A stretch of 64,000 bases of DNA, from positions 220 to 64,219 of the forward strand of contig CAMZEM010000002.1 in assembly GCA_947305805.1 (NCBI GenBank), read 5' to 3'. The DNA comes from an uncultured Clostridia bacterium (GTDB taxonomy: Bacteria; Bacillota; Clostridia; Oscillospirales; UBA644). Positions 24,028-33,675 of this stretch are shown here, in pieces. The position numbers and the translations under genes were made by a program. Numbering within the stretch: position 1 is the first letter of the stretch; every line of letters begins with the position of its first letter. The notes beneath the pieces were generated by a model. That model was not told where the DNA came from, searched no databases, and worked only from the letters and a program-made list of their open reading frames with translations.

Positions 24028-25122
24028 ATGAAAAAATACGATATTGCGGCGTATATCTGGCCGTCATACACCGGAAAAGAAGACAGAAGTCTTATTTTCT
24101 GGCCTGAAGGTGAGGGCGAGTGGCAGACGGTCAGAAACGCAGCGCCGAAATTTGACGGGCATCTTCTTCCGCGCATTCCTCTTCTTGGATATAAAGACGA
24201 GGCGGAGAGCGAAACGATGGAAGAGCAGATCGAACTTGCATCTTCGCACGGCGTAAACGTTTTTATATATGACTGGTACTGGTACGACAGACGGCCGTTT
24301 CTCGAATGCTGCTTAAACGACGGCTTTTTAAAGGCGAAAAACCGCGGGAAAATGAAATTTTATCTCATGTGGGCAAATCATGACGCAGGATACACCTGGG
24401 ATAAACGTCTTGCGGGCGGACGCGACGTTCCCGTCTGGCTCGGAGCGGTGGACAGAACGCAGTTTGACATTATTGCAGACAGGGTGACGGAGCGATATTT
24501 CAGTCTGCCCGAATACTATTTAACCGACGGAAAGCCCGTATTTGCAATATATGATATAGACAACCTGATAAACGGGCTCGGAGGAATTGAAAATACAAAA
24601 TCCGCCCTTGACTCTTTCAGGGAAAAAGCCGTAAGGGCGGGACATAAAGGGCTTAATCTTCAGCTTATACTCTGGGGCGAACGCATTCACAACTTTTCGG
24701 GCGTTGACGGAAAACGTCTTTATTCAAGCGAAATCGCAAAAACGCTCGGCTTTGACAGCGTAACAAATTATCAGTTCGTCCATTTCGTCAATATAGACAG
24801 AGATTACGCCGACGTGATGAAAGACGTTGAAGCATACTGGGAAAAATTTGCGTCGTTTGGCTTAACATATTATCCGCATGTATCTCTCGGGTGGGATAAC
24901 AATCCGCGGTTTAACTCTTTCAGAGGCGGAATACTGAAAAACAATACGCCCGAAAACGTTGAAAAAGCGCTTGTTGCGGCCAAAAATTTCGCAGACAGGC
25001 ACGGCGTAAATCTTATAACCGTAAACAGCTGGAACGAGTGGACAGAGATGAGCTATCTTTTGCCGGACAACGTTTACGGCACGGGGTATCTTGATGCGAT
25101 AAACCGCGTATTCAACATATAA
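24028..25122 (+). CDS. glycoside hydrolase family 99-like (WbsX-like) domain protein
   Basis: 364 aa. AAYIWPSY...GYKDE...SHGVNVFIYDWYWY...NSWNEW matches my memory of the WbsX / GH99-like family. No signal peptide. Confidence 0.6.
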   Translation: MKKYDIAAYIWPSYTGKEDRSLIFWPEGEGEWQTVRNAAPKFDGHLLPRIPLLGYKDEAESETMEEQIELASSHGVNVFIYDWYWYDRRPFLECCLNDGFLKAKNRGKMKFYLMWANHDAGYTWDKRLAGGRDVPVWLGAVDRTQFDIIADRVTERYFSLPEYYLTDGKPVFAIYDIDNLINGLGGIENTKSALDSFREKAVRAGHKGLNLQLILWGERIHNFSGVDGKRLYSSEIAKTLGFDSVTNYQFVHFVNIDRDYADVMKDVEAYWEKFASFGLTYYPHVSLGWDNNPRFNSFRGGILKNNTPENVEKALVAAKNFADRHGVNLITVNSWNEWTEMSYLLPDNVYGTGYLDAINRVFNI

Positions 25123-25126
25123 AAAA

Positions 25127-25153
25127 ATCAGCAGGGAATTAAACCCTGCTGAT
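25127..25153. terminator. bidirectional terminator between convergent genes
   Basis: Stem atcagcaggg / ccctgctgat, flanked by an A-run upstream and a T-rich tract downstream. Confidence 0.7.
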
Positions 25154-25170
25154 TTATTGTTTACAGTGTA

Positions 25171-26913
25171 TTATTCAACGATTTCAACAACAATCGATCT
25201 TGTTGCGGTATTTCCGTGACCGTCAGTACCGGTGAAGATGAGAATTGATGTTCCTGCTTTCTGTGTGGTTAAAACCGCGAGAGTGTTGCAGGAGCCCGTA
25301 AATACGGAGGTATCGTAAATCCAGTAACCGTTTACGTTCGGAACGAGGATAAGTTTTTCACCGACTTTGGTGCGGATGTAGTAATTGTCTTTCTTTACGC
25401 CGTTGAAAATTATATCGTCGGAAGTAAAGCTGCCGTCACCGCATGCGGGAGCGGGACCGGGAACGGGAGCAGGTCCGGGAACCGGAGAAGGACAGGGAAC
25501 GGGTGCAGGTGTGGGAACTGCGGTATCTTCAAGCATATCCTCGGTTACCGTAAGTACGTCGGAAGCTACGGGTCTGTAATAGTATTCGCTTGAAAGAATT
25601 ACTCTGTATTTATCGCCTGTTGCGGGAGCTACATCGAGAGTTTCGGTGTTGTAGCCAATGTTCTGCCAGCAGTCGCCAACGTATTTCTGCCACTGATAGT
25701 TAACGGCTGTTTCTTTAACGGTGGGAGCGGTGAGCGTTAAAACGCCGCCCTTTGTATTGTTGCGAATTTCGGAACCGTATACGAATTTAAGAAGATCGCC
25801 GAAGAAATACTGATATGCGAGAACGTTTTCGCTGATATTTGTTTCGGCAATGGGGTTCTTGCCACCGTTGAGGATATAATAGAAGAGGGTCGGATTCATT
25901 TCAAGGCCTCTGCCTTTGAGCAGATACCAGAGATAGTTTGTTCCGTCAACTTCGCCGAGTTTACCGGAGAAAAGCGAGTAGTAAAGGAATTTCTCGGACG
26001 GAGTCATATTTTCGTTGGTGTTGATGAAACTGTAGAAATAGAACCAGTTCTGGTTGTCAACGATATTGGAAACGGTTTCCTGGGTTGTGGTGTTGTTCTG
26101 ATTTAAGAGATACCAGAAAAGCCATGAGTCGTCAATAACGTCTTTGTTGTAAAGTCTCATGTAGTAGTAAAGCTGGGGATTGTACTTGTAAAGCGAAGCA
26201 AGACCCGTTGTGTAGTCGCCTGCCCAGAGGTTTCCGCCTACGGGAGCAGTGAGAGCGTCTACCGTTGCGGTTGTGCTGTCGGAATTGAAGGTAACGTTTG
26301 CAACGCTGATGTTGCCGGCAATATCGGTAACAACTACCATATAAGTTCCTACTGCGAGAACTTCGTGGTTAACGGCAAAAATCTTTTTGTCTTTAATTGT
26401 TCTGCTGTCCGCAATCGTTTTTCCGTTTACGGCAATTCTGTCAATTCCGTAGTTGTCGGAAGCGGCGATCGATATGATGCCTATGTTGAAGCCGTTTGCA
26501 AGTTTCGTACCGGAAACGCTGAGAACGGGGCGTGTCGGGTCGGTCATGAATCTTACTATTTTTTCAAACGTTGCGCTGCCTTTCTGATGAAGGTCGTAAA
26601 CGTAGAATCTGAGGCTGGATTCGGTAAGACCGAGAACGTAGGAACCTCTGTAAATGTAGGTATCGGTGCCAATCTTTTTGAATTCGGAAATCGAAATCGG
26701 TTTGTTTCCTACTTTGATTGTGCTTGCGCCGAGTCCGTGAAGAGTAATTTCATACTCGATTACGGCGCCGGGGAAATTGTATCCGTCCGCATTGCCGTTT
26801 GTTATAACAACTTCGGGCGCGTCGTACGTGCCGGTTAACTGTTCAGCAAAAGCCGGAACCGCAAACGCCACGATCATGACGAGAGTAAGGGCAAATGCTA
26901 TTGTTTTTTTCAT
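25171..26913 (-). CDS. secreted multi-domain protein of unknown function (Ig-like domains, aromatic repeat region, Pro-rich linker)
   Basis: 580 aa. Signal peptide ending AFA|EQ. Seven aromatic repeats at aa 240-375. Linker PTPAPVPCPSPVPGPAPVPGPAPA. The C-terminal beta-rich domain is Ig-like. Confidence 0.6.
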   Translation of the reverse strand: MKKTIAFALTLVMIVAFAVPAFAEQLTGTYDAPEVVITNGNADGYNFPGAVIEYEITLHGLGASTIKVGNKPISISEFKKIGTDTYIYRGSYVLGLTESSLRFYVYDLHQKGSATFEKIVRFMTDPTRPVLSVSGTKLANGFNIGIISIAASDNYGIDRIAVNGKTIADSRTIKDKKIFAVNHEVLAVGTYMVVVTDIAGNISVANVTFNSDSTTATVDALTAPVGGNLWAGDYTTGLASLYKYNPQLYYYMRLYNKDVIDDSWLFWYLLNQNNTTTQETVSNIVDNQNWFYFYSFINTNENMTPSEKFLYYSLFSGKLGEVDGTNYLWYLLKGRGLEMNPTLFYYILNGGKNPIAETNISENVLAYQYFFGDLLKFVYGSEIRNNTKGGVLTLTAPTVKETAVNYQWQKYVGDCWQNIGYNTETLDVAPATGDKYRVILSSEYYYRPVASDVLTVTEDMLEDTAVPTPAPVPCPSPVPGPAPVPGPAPACGDGSFTSDDIIFNGVKKDNYYIRTKVGEKLILVPNVNGYWIYDTSVFTGSCNTLAVLTTQKAGTSILIFTGTDGHGNTATRSIVVEIVE

Positions 26914-27059
26914 GTTCTACACTCCTATCTGTTTTGTTGTGTACATAATTAAAGCGGGTATTAAACCATTCTGATTATAATATGCAAATATTACAAAAAT
27001 GTGTCAATTTTGGCTGAAAATCAGAAAAAAGCCGAAGTTTCAGCATTTTTTTATAATAA

Positions 27060-28436
27060 TCAGCAGCAAAAATCAAGAATTACCTGCGCGTAAACCTCCG
27101 CGAGAGTTAAAAGCGCTTCTTCCGTGATGAATTCGTCGGGTCCGTGCATATTGCCGCAGACCGTTTTGTCGCTCTCGTCGGCGGGACCGAAAGCAACGCA
27201 TTTTCCATCAAACGCCTTTGCGTACGTCGATCCGCGTTCGCATACAAATCCGCACGGTTTGCCCGTAACTTTTTCGTAGCTTTTTGCAACCGACCGCATA
27301 AAAGGACTGTCTTCGGGAATCCGTATTCCGTTACCCGTTCTGTCGGGAACGTATTCCGCAGAGTTTTCCGCAGCTGTCTTTTTCAGCTTTTCAACGGTGT
27401 CAAAAGCGTTTACGCTTATGGGCACTCTGCTGTCAACAGATATTTCGGCGCAGCCGTTTTCGTAAGCGCAGATTCCGAAATTAACGGAAAGAGAGCCGGA
27501 AAAATCGTCACGGCAGTTTATGCCGAGCGCAGATCCGTCGGTACCTTTGATGAATTTTTCGGTAAAGGCAAGAAAACTGTTTTCGCAACCGAACTTCGCG
27601 TATGTTTTTTCAAGAAGCGAGAGCATGTCAAGCACGGCGCTTCTTCCTTTTTCGGGTACGGAGCCGTGCGCCGATATCCCGCGGCAAAGCACGGTAACGG
27701 TATTTCCGTCATATTTTATTTCGGGTTCAAGAAGTGTGCCGGAAAGGGAGGAGATATAGTCCGCAACGTCTTTGTCTGCGCAAAGAACGCATTCGCATTT
27801 TTCCGCAACGCAGTTTACGGCTCTGCCTCCGTTAATTCTTTTAAGCCTGATATTTCCCTTTTCGGAGATGTTGCCGAAAACAAATTTGCCGAAAATAAAA
27901 CCGAGCTCGGCATTCGTTACGGGAAAGCTTGCGTCGGGGGTAAGCGCATAGTCGGGCAGACCGTGGTCTTTAACGTACATATGCATGTCTTCCATGCCGC
28001 ATTCCTCGTCGCCGCCGACAACAAGCGATATCTTCATTTTCGGCTCTCTGCCGGAATTCTTAACCGCTGCAAGCGAATACATTGCCGCAACGGCAGCGCC
28101 CTTGTCGTCAAGAACGCCTCTTCCGTATAATACGCCGTTTTCTCTTGTGAGCTCATACGGAGGTTTTGTCCAGCCGTCGCCTGCGGGCACAACGTCGCCG
28201 TGCGCAACAACAAGAAATGTTTCGTCTCCGCTGCCTGCCGAGATTTTAAGAGCATAGCCGAGGTTTTCCGTTTCAAGCCCGAGCGCTTTTGCCTCGGACT
28301 CCAGAACGCCGAATGCATCAGCAACGGGTTTGCCGAATATTCCGAAGCTGTCCGCTTTTCCGCTTACGCTCGGAACTGCAACGAATTTTGAAAGATCGTT
28401 TATCAGATTCTCTCTGTTTTTGCGAATAAAATCCAT
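27060..28436 (-). CDS. M20 family dipeptidase (PepV / Sapep-like)
   Basis: 458 aa. VVAHGDVVPAG, GRGVLDDKG and GGDEECG are the M20 metal and catalytic blocks in PepV order. Confidence 0.8.
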   Translation of the reverse strand: MDFIRKNRENLINDLSKFVAVPSVSGKADSFGIFGKPVADAFGVLESEAKALGLETENLGYALKISAGSGDETFLVVAHGDVVPAGDGWTKPPYELTRENGVLYGRGVLDDKGAAVAAMYSLAAVKNSGREPKMKISLVVGGDEECGMEDMHMYVKDHGLPDYALTPDASFPVTNAELGFIFGKFVFGNISEKGNIRLKRINGGRAVNCVAEKCECVLCADKDVADYISSLSGTLLEPEIKYDGNTVTVLCRGISAHGSVPEKGRSAVLDMLSLLEKTYAKFGCENSFLAFTEKFIKGTDGSALGINCRDDFSGSLSVNFGICAYENGCAEISVDSRVPISVNAFDTVEKLKKTAAENSAEYVPDRTGNGIRIPEDSPFMRSVAKSYEKVTGKPCGFVCERGSTYAKAFDGKCVAFGPADESDKTVCGNMHGPDEFITEEALLTLAEVYAQVILDFCC

Positions 28437-28438
28437 AT

Positions 28439-29899
28439 TTATCTCACTTTCATATAATCGGCGTATTTCTTTTCCCAGAGTTCGGTGTCTTTCGGGAGAT
28501 ATTCCTTTATATCGCCCAGAAGCGTTCTTGCCTCGTCAATATCTTTTATCTCGCCCTTGGCAATAAGCTGAACGGCTATGTTTCCGAGCGCCGTTGCCTC
28601 TACGGGACCCGCGGTAACTCTTTTTTTCGTAGCGCATGCGGTAAAGCGGCAGAGATTTTCGTCTTTTGTGCCGCCGCCGATAAGGTGGACGGTATCTATT
28701 TTATAGCCGAGAAGTTTTTCGAGGTTTTCGATATAAAAGCGGTATGTAAGGGCAAGACTTTCAAGAATACAGAGCGCCTGCTGTCCCTTGGTTTTCGGCA
28801 GGGGCTGATTTGTTGACGCAAGATATTCTTCAATTCTCTTGGGCATATTGCCGGGAGAAGAGAAGGAATCGTTGTCGGGGTTTATGTAAACGTTTGCCGA
28901 AACCTCGGTTTCAAGCATCCTGTCAATATCCCTGAATGAAATGTTGTTGCCTTCCCTGTTCCACTGACGGCGTGTTTCCTGAATAAGCCAGAGGCCGGAA
29001 ATGTTTTTAAGAAACCTTATTGTTTCGGCATAGCCGCCTTCGTTTGTGAAATTCTCGGAAAAGCTCTGTTCGTTTATGAGCGGACTGTCGAGCTCAGCGC
29101 CGAGAAGCGACCATGTTCCGCAGGAAATATAGCAGCTTTTTTCTCCCTTGCCTATGGGCGCGGCAACAACCGCGGATGCGGTATCGTGAGATGCGCACGC
29201 AATAACGTCTACCGGTCGGTCGAATCCTACTTCTTCGGCTATTTCCGGAAGAAGCTGTCCCGTAACGGTTCCGGGCATGCGTATCTGCGGGAATATCGAT
29301 TTATTAATTCCGAGTTTTTCAATCAGAGCGTAATCCCAGTCGCGCTTTTCGGCGTTGAGAAGCTGGGAGGTGGACGCGATTGTATATTCAACGCTCATTT
29401 TGCCCGTAAGGAAATATGCGAGCAGGTCGGGAGTGAAAAGCAGGGTTTTTGCTCTGTCAAGCAGCTCTTTTCTGTTCTGAACAAGCGATGCAAGCTGGAA
29501 AATCGTGTTAAGTTTAACGAACTGTATGCCTGTTGACGAGTAAATCTCGTCTTTCGGTATCGTTTCAAAAACCTTTTCCATCATTCCGTCGCATCTCGCG
29601 TCACGGTAATGAACGGGATTTTCAAGAAGCTTCCCGTCTCCGTCGAGAAGTCCGAAATCAACTCCCCACGTATCTATGGCAATGCTTTCGATATCTTTGT
29701 GACCTGAATTTACGCACTTTAAAAGCCCCGTCTTAATCTCGTAAAAAAGGCGGAGTATATCCCAGTAAATCGTTCCGTTAACGGTTACGGGATCGTTTGA
29801 AAAGCGGTGGATTTCTTCCATCTGAAGCTTTCCGTTTTCGTAAATGCCGAGTATTGCGCGGCCCGAGGAGGCGCCGAGGTCAAAAGCGAGTACTTTCAT
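28439..29899 (-). CDS. rhaB: rhamnulokinase (FGGY carbohydrate kinase family)
   Basis: Start moved to the ATG at 29899 (MKVLAFDLGASSGR), 8 nt after GGAGAT. It is collinear with E. coli RhaB: DLGASSGR, HRF.N, IDTWGVDF, YRD.R, GIQF...NT..QL, SHDTASAV, GGG...LC. Confidence 0.8.
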   Translation of the reverse strand: MKVLAFDLGASSGRAILGIYENGKLQMEEIHRFSNDPVTVNGTIYWDILRLFYEIKTGLLKCVNSGHKDIESIAIDTWGVDFGLLDGDGKLLENPVHYRDARCDGMMEKVFETIPKDEIYSSTGIQFVKLNTIFQLASLVQNRKELLDRAKTLLFTPDLLAYFLTGKMSVEYTIASTSQLLNAEKRDWDYALIEKLGINKSIFPQIRMPGTVTGQLLPEIAEEVGFDRPVDVIACASHDTASAVVAAPIGKGEKSCYISCGTWSLLGAELDSPLINEQSFSENFTNEGGYAETIRFLKNISGLWLIQETRRQWNREGNNISFRDIDRMLETEVSANVYINPDNDSFSSPGNMPKRIEEYLASTNQPLPKTKGQQALCILESLALTYRFYIENLEKLLGYKIDTVHLIGGGTKDENLCRFTACATKKRVTAGPVEATALGNIAVQLIAKGEIKDIDEARTLLGDIKEYLPKDTELWEKKYADYMKVR

Positions 29900-30008
29900 A
29901 TTAACATCTCCATACATAAGATATGTTTTTTTCTATTATATCATCCGAAAGCCGATTTGTCAATTGTAAAGACGTTAAAAACGGCGAAATGTTCCCTTAC
30001 GGATTATA

Positions 30009-30037
30009 TTGACAAACGCTTTTTCGTATGATAAAAT
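30009..30037 (+). promoter_or_regulatory. promoter TTGACA-17-TAAAAT for pyrC-pyrF
   Basis: TTGACA 30009-30014 and TAAAAT 30032-30037 with TG two nt upstream. Confidence 0.55.
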
Positions 30038-30055
30038 AAAAGCAGGGTGATAAAT

Positions 30056-31261
30056 ATGATCTATTCCGGTATTTTGCTTAACGGGGAGATAAAAGATATT
30101 CTCGTAAAAGACGGAAAAATAAAAAAAATCGGCAATATAACCGGGCGCGATGAAATTATCGACTGCTCGGGGCTTGTTGCGCTCCCCGCATTTACGGACC
30201 TTCACGTTCATCTGCGCGAACCGGGGTTTGAGCATAAAGAAACAATTTATACGGGAACGCTGGCGGCAAGAAACGGCGGCTTTTCGGACGTTTTTTGCAT
30301 GCCTAACACAAAACCCGTCTGTGACAGCGTTGAAACAGTAAGATATATTCTTTCAAAAGAGGCGAATGTGCGCGTTCATCCGATAGGAGCGGTAACGAAA
30401 GGACAGAAATGCGAAGAGATCTGTGATTTTGCCTCCTACCGCGAAGAGGGGATTCTTGCCGTTTCCGACGACGGAATGCCCGTTCCCGACGATGAGATTC
30501 TAAAAAAGGCAATGATTTCTGCAAAAGAAAACGGGTTGCTTTTTATCTGCCACTGTGAAAACCGTTCGCTTGTTACAGACAGACTGAATATTCCGTCCGC
30601 CGCGGAGTACAGCGATGTTATAAGAGTTATTAAAATTGCCGCAAAAACCGGCGTAAGGCTTCATATAGCTCACGTCAGCACAAAAGAGAGCGTTAAAGCG
30701 GTGAGAGAAGCGAAAAGGGCGGGGGTAGACGTTACGGCCGAAACGTGTCCGCACTATTTTACGCTTACCGCCGACGCGGTTAAAAAATACGGCGCAAACG
30801 CAATGATGAACCCTCCGCTCAGGTTTGAAGATGATATAAACGCAATAACAGAAGCTTTGTGCGACGGAACTCTCGATATGATTTCCACGGACCATGCGCC
30901 GCACTCCGCAGAAGAAAAAGCCGTTGAAATGAGCAAGGCTCCTTTCGGAATAACGGGGCTTGAAACGGCATTTCCGCTTTCGTATACATATCTTGTAAAA
31001 ACGGGAATTATCACTCTTGACCGTCTTTTGCATCTTATGAACGTTGCGCCGTCCGAAAGAGCGGGCAAAGAGGCAAATGAAATAAAAGAGGGGAAAGAAG
31101 CGAATTTCATTGCCGCGGATTTAAACACGCCGTTTGTTTTTAACAAAGAAAAAAGTCTTTCAAAATCAAAAAATACGCCCTTTGACGGCATGGAGATGAC
31201 GGGGCGGGCGGTTTACAGCATACTGAAGGGAGAGCTTTACAAATGTCAACAGATATTTTAA
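30056..31261 (+). CDS. pyrC: dihydroorotase
   Basis: Listed ORF starts at a GTG at 30047, only about 10 nt after the -10. The ATG at 30056 is more likely. DLHVHLREPG, a lysine region and DHAPH are amidohydrolase / dihydroorotase signatures. Confidence 0.85.
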   Translation: MIYSGILLNGEIKDILVKDGKIKKIGNITGRDEIIDCSGLVALPAFTDLHVHLREPGFEHKETIYTGTLAARNGGFSDVFCMPNTKPVCDSVETVRYILSKEANVRVHPIGAVTKGQKCEEICDFASYREEGILAVSDDGMPVPDDEILKKAMISAKENGLLFICHCENRSLVTDRLNIPSAAEYSDVIRVIKIAAKTGVRLHIAHVSTKESVKAVREAKRAGVDVTAETCPHYFTLTADAVKKYGANAMMNPPLRFEDDINAITEALCDGTLDMISTDHAPHSAEEKAVEMSKAPFGITGLETAFPLSYTYLVKTGIITLDRLLHLMNVAPSERAGKEANEIKEGKEANFIAADLNTPFVFNKEKSLSKSKNTPFDGMEMTGRAVYSILKGELYKCQQIF

Positions 31262-32097
31262 TAGAAAAAATAACCGAGAAGAAAAATCCCACCGTTGCGG
31301 GCCTCGATCCGCTTTGCGACTATCTGCCGCAGTCGATGATAACGGGCAATTCGCCTGCCGAAAAGGCGGACGCGATACTTAGATTCAACAAAGAGCTTAT
31401 AGACGCGCTTTGCGATATCGTTCCCGCGGTAAAACCGCAGGCGGCGTATTACGAACTTCTCGGCGCGGACGGATACCGCGCATTCTGCGAAACGGTAAAA
31501 TACGCAAAAAGCAAGGGGTTATACGTTATTTCGGACGGCAAAAGAAACGATATCGGCTCAACCGCATCGGCATATTCAAAAGGGTTTTTTGACTGCATAG
31601 GCACCGATGCGCTTACCGTAAACGCATATCTCGGTTTTGACGGCGTAGAGCCGTTTCTCGTTGAAGGAAAGGCAATATATATACTTGTAAAAACGTCCAA
31701 CAAGGGAAGCGGACAGCTTCAGGATCTTGAACTGACAAACGGAAAAAAGGTTTACGAACATATTGGCGACCTCGTGGCGGAATGGGGTGAAAAGTCCGTC
31801 GGAAAATACGGATATTCCGACGTCGGTGCGGTTGTAGGGGCAACGTATCCAGAACAGCTTTCCGCTTTGCGCGAAAGACTGCCGCATACGTTTTTCCTCG
31901 TTCCGGGCTACGGAGCTCAGGGCGGCGCGGCAAAGGACGTTGCCGGAGCTTTCAGAAACGGACTCGGCGCAATAGTCAACTCGTCAAGGGGAATAATGTG
32001 CGCATATAAAAAGCAGGGGCTTCCGCCGGAAAAATTCGCCGAGGCGGCAAGAAAAGAAGCGATAAGAATGCGTGACGAGATAATGGGCGAGATATAA
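31243..32097 (+). CDS. pyrF: orotidine 5'-phosphate decarboxylase (type 2, long form)
   Basis: 284 aa. VAGLDP, KPQAAYYE, DGKRNDIGST and LVPGYGAQGG. Overlaps the pyrC stop by 19 nt. Confidence 0.85.
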   Translation: MSTDILIEKITEKKNPTVAGLDPLCDYLPQSMITGNSPAEKADAILRFNKELIDALCDIVPAVKPQAAYYELLGADGYRAFCETVKYAKSKGLYVISDGKRNDIGSTASAYSKGFFDCIGTDALTVNAYLGFDGVEPFLVEGKAIYILVKTSNKGSGQLQDLELTNGKKVYEHIGDLVAEWGEKSVGKYGYSDVGAVVGATYPEQLSALRERLPHTFFLVPGYGAQGGAAKDVAGAFRNGLGAIVNSSRGIMCAYKKQGLPPEKFAEAARKEAIRMRDEIMGEI

Positions 32098-32116
32098 ACG
32101 GTTTATTTGCATAAAA

Positions 32117-32160
32117 AAGGAACAGACTGAAAAAAATCACTCTGTTCCTTTTTATTTTTC
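32117..32160. terminator. bidirectional terminator (pyrF / htrA convergent)
   Basis: Stem aggaacag / ctgttcct, with a T-run after it and an A-run before it. Confidence 0.7.
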
Positions 32161-32180
32161 TTTTCTGTGAATTGCTTTTA

Positions 32181-33596
32181 TCAGCCTTTGGCGGGGGCCT
32201 GAAGAACTACTTTTGTTACAACAACGTCAACGTCACGCAGAAGAGTTATTTCAACCTCTTCGCCGATCTGGCATTTGCCGAGCTTTGCTATAAGTTCGTC
32301 AATGGATCTTACTCTTTCGCCGTTGAGTTTGGTGATTATATCGCCTACCTGAATATCGGCGCCCGAAGTATCTGCCGCGCCTCCGGGAATGATTTCCGCA
32401 ACGTATACGCCGCCTATCATTTCCTCGGTTGCGCCTTTTATGCCTATCTGCGGACGCTGAACTTTACCTTCGTTAATAATCTGCTCAACTACGGGGAGCG
32501 CCGTTTCAATCTGAATGGCAAAACCGATATCTTCGTAAGTTGCGTATTCTTCCGCCATGATTTTAACGGAGTTTATGCCAACGACCTGTCCGTACATATT
32601 AACGAGCGGACCGCCCGAGTTGCCGGGGTTTATTGTTGCGGAGTGCTGAATAAGATCGAGCGTAAGCCCGAGGTCGTCAAGTTTGTATGCGTCTCTTCTT
32701 GAAGAAACTATGCCTTCCGTTACGGTATAGGCGAGGTTGCGCTCGTAAGGCGTGCCTATTGCAACTACCTGTTCTCCCGGAACGAGCTTGTGCGATTCTC
32801 CGAATTCCGCTGCGGGCAGACCTTTAAGGTCAACTTTCAGAACGCCTATGTCCGTATAGGTGTCAAATCCGATAACTTCTGCGGGATATGCCGTTTTGTC
32901 GTCTCCGTAAAGATATACCGAAACGCTTGTTGCATCGTCAATAACGTGCGCGCAGGTGATTATATATCCGTCTTCCGTAAAAATAACGCCTGTGCCGAGG
33001 CTTCCGCCTTCATCAGATTTTGTGAGAATAACAACAACGCTTTTATTGACCTTTTCTGCAACTCCGGGAACGTCAAGTCTGCCTTCCGCAGTGTTTTGCG
33101 AGGCGGGAACGTAATCGGGAGTCGTAACCGTTACAATCTTAGTGGTCTGTTCCGCTGCCGGAGCAACGGGTTGTTCGGCGTTTGCCCTTCCGTAAAGAAT
33201 ACCCACCGCAAAAGACGACGTCATTATGCAGACTGCCGCGAGAATTGCGGTAGCAATTACCCAGAAGCTCTTGCCGCTTTTCTTCTTTTTCTTTTCGGGC
33301 GCAGGAGTATATACGGGAACAGCGGAATAATAAGCCGGCGCCTCGTATCTCGGCGCATAATATCCGTTTTGCTGCGGCTGAGAATACTGTGCGGGCTGCG
33401 CCGTCTGCGGCTGATAAACGGGTTCGGAGGGTTCTGCGGTTTCTTCCGCTTTTTCTGCCGTCTCTTCCGTAAATTCAGCGGTGTTATCTTCAGTATCCGC
33501 AGTGATTTCTTCGTTAACTTCGGCTTCGTTTGCTGAGGTTTCTTCGGTGTTTGTCTGTTCGGTTTCGTTTATTTCGTTTGTCTCTTCGTAATCCAT
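32181..33596 (-). CDS. HtrA/DegP-type trypsin-like serine protease with PDZ domain
   Basis: 471 aa. Acidic low-complexity N-terminus, a TM helix, catalytic blocks TCAHV...D...GNSGGPL and a C-terminal PDZ domain. Confidence 0.85.
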   Translation of the reverse strand: MDYEETNEINETEQTNTEETSANEAEVNEEITADTEDNTAEFTEETAEKAEETAEPSEPVYQPQTAQPAQYSQPQQNGYYAPRYEAPAYYSAVPVYTPAPEKKKKKSGKSFWVIATAILAAVCIMTSSFAVGILYGRANAEQPVAPAAEQTTKIVTVTTPDYVPASQNTAEGRLDVPGVAEKVNKSVVVILTKSDEGGSLGTGVIFTEDGYIITCAHVIDDATSVSVYLYGDDKTAYPAEVIGFDTYTDIGVLKVDLKGLPAAEFGESHKLVPGEQVVAIGTPYERNLAYTVTEGIVSSRRDAYKLDDLGLTLDLIQHSATINPGNSGGPLVNMYGQVVGINSVKIMAEEYATYEDIGFAIQIETALPVVEQIINEGKVQRPQIGIKGATEEMIGGVYVAEIIPGGAADTSGADIQVGDIITKLNGERVRSIDELIAKLGKCQIGEEVEITLLRDVDVVVTKVVLQAPAKG

Positions 33597-33675
33597 AACT
33601 AAAACCTCCTATTTTGTATTACAAGCTGATTATACCCCGTTTTTTTGTTTGACGGGTGACGCATCTGTGGCAGGA

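Noticed and set aside
26914-27059. Hairpin gctgaaa/tttcagc as a terminator for the dipeptidase gene, and a promoter for the 580-aa secreted protein
   Set aside because: The stem is only 7 bp with a 19-nt loop. The U-tract is on the strand with no upstream gene. The best -35/-10 pairing has a weak -10 (CATATT) or a 22-nt spacer. This is too ambiguous to annotate.
27144-28130. Long antisense ORFs, 328 aa here. Similar ones are at 1522-2265, 4035-4688, 21464-22240, 32790-33536, 35351-36034, 40392-41078, 47008-47835, 50417-51097 and 63198-63848
   Set aside because: Each lies fully inside, and opposite to, a gene with strong homology-type motifs. Their translations are Arg/Phe/Lys-rich low-complexity strings. 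The codon bias of this genome leaves the antisense frames poor in stop codons.
29900-30055. PyrR-type attenuator upstream of pyrC
   Set aside because: The predicted promoter leaves a leader of only about 15-20 nt. There is no room for the anti-terminator and terminator hairpins, and no PyrR binding loop is seen.
33597-33675. Terminator after the GNAT gene and a promoter for htrA
   Set aside because: Only a 5-bp stem (cccgt/acggg) is present. A TATAAT is there, but no acceptable -35 sits at 16-18 nt. It was left unannotated.
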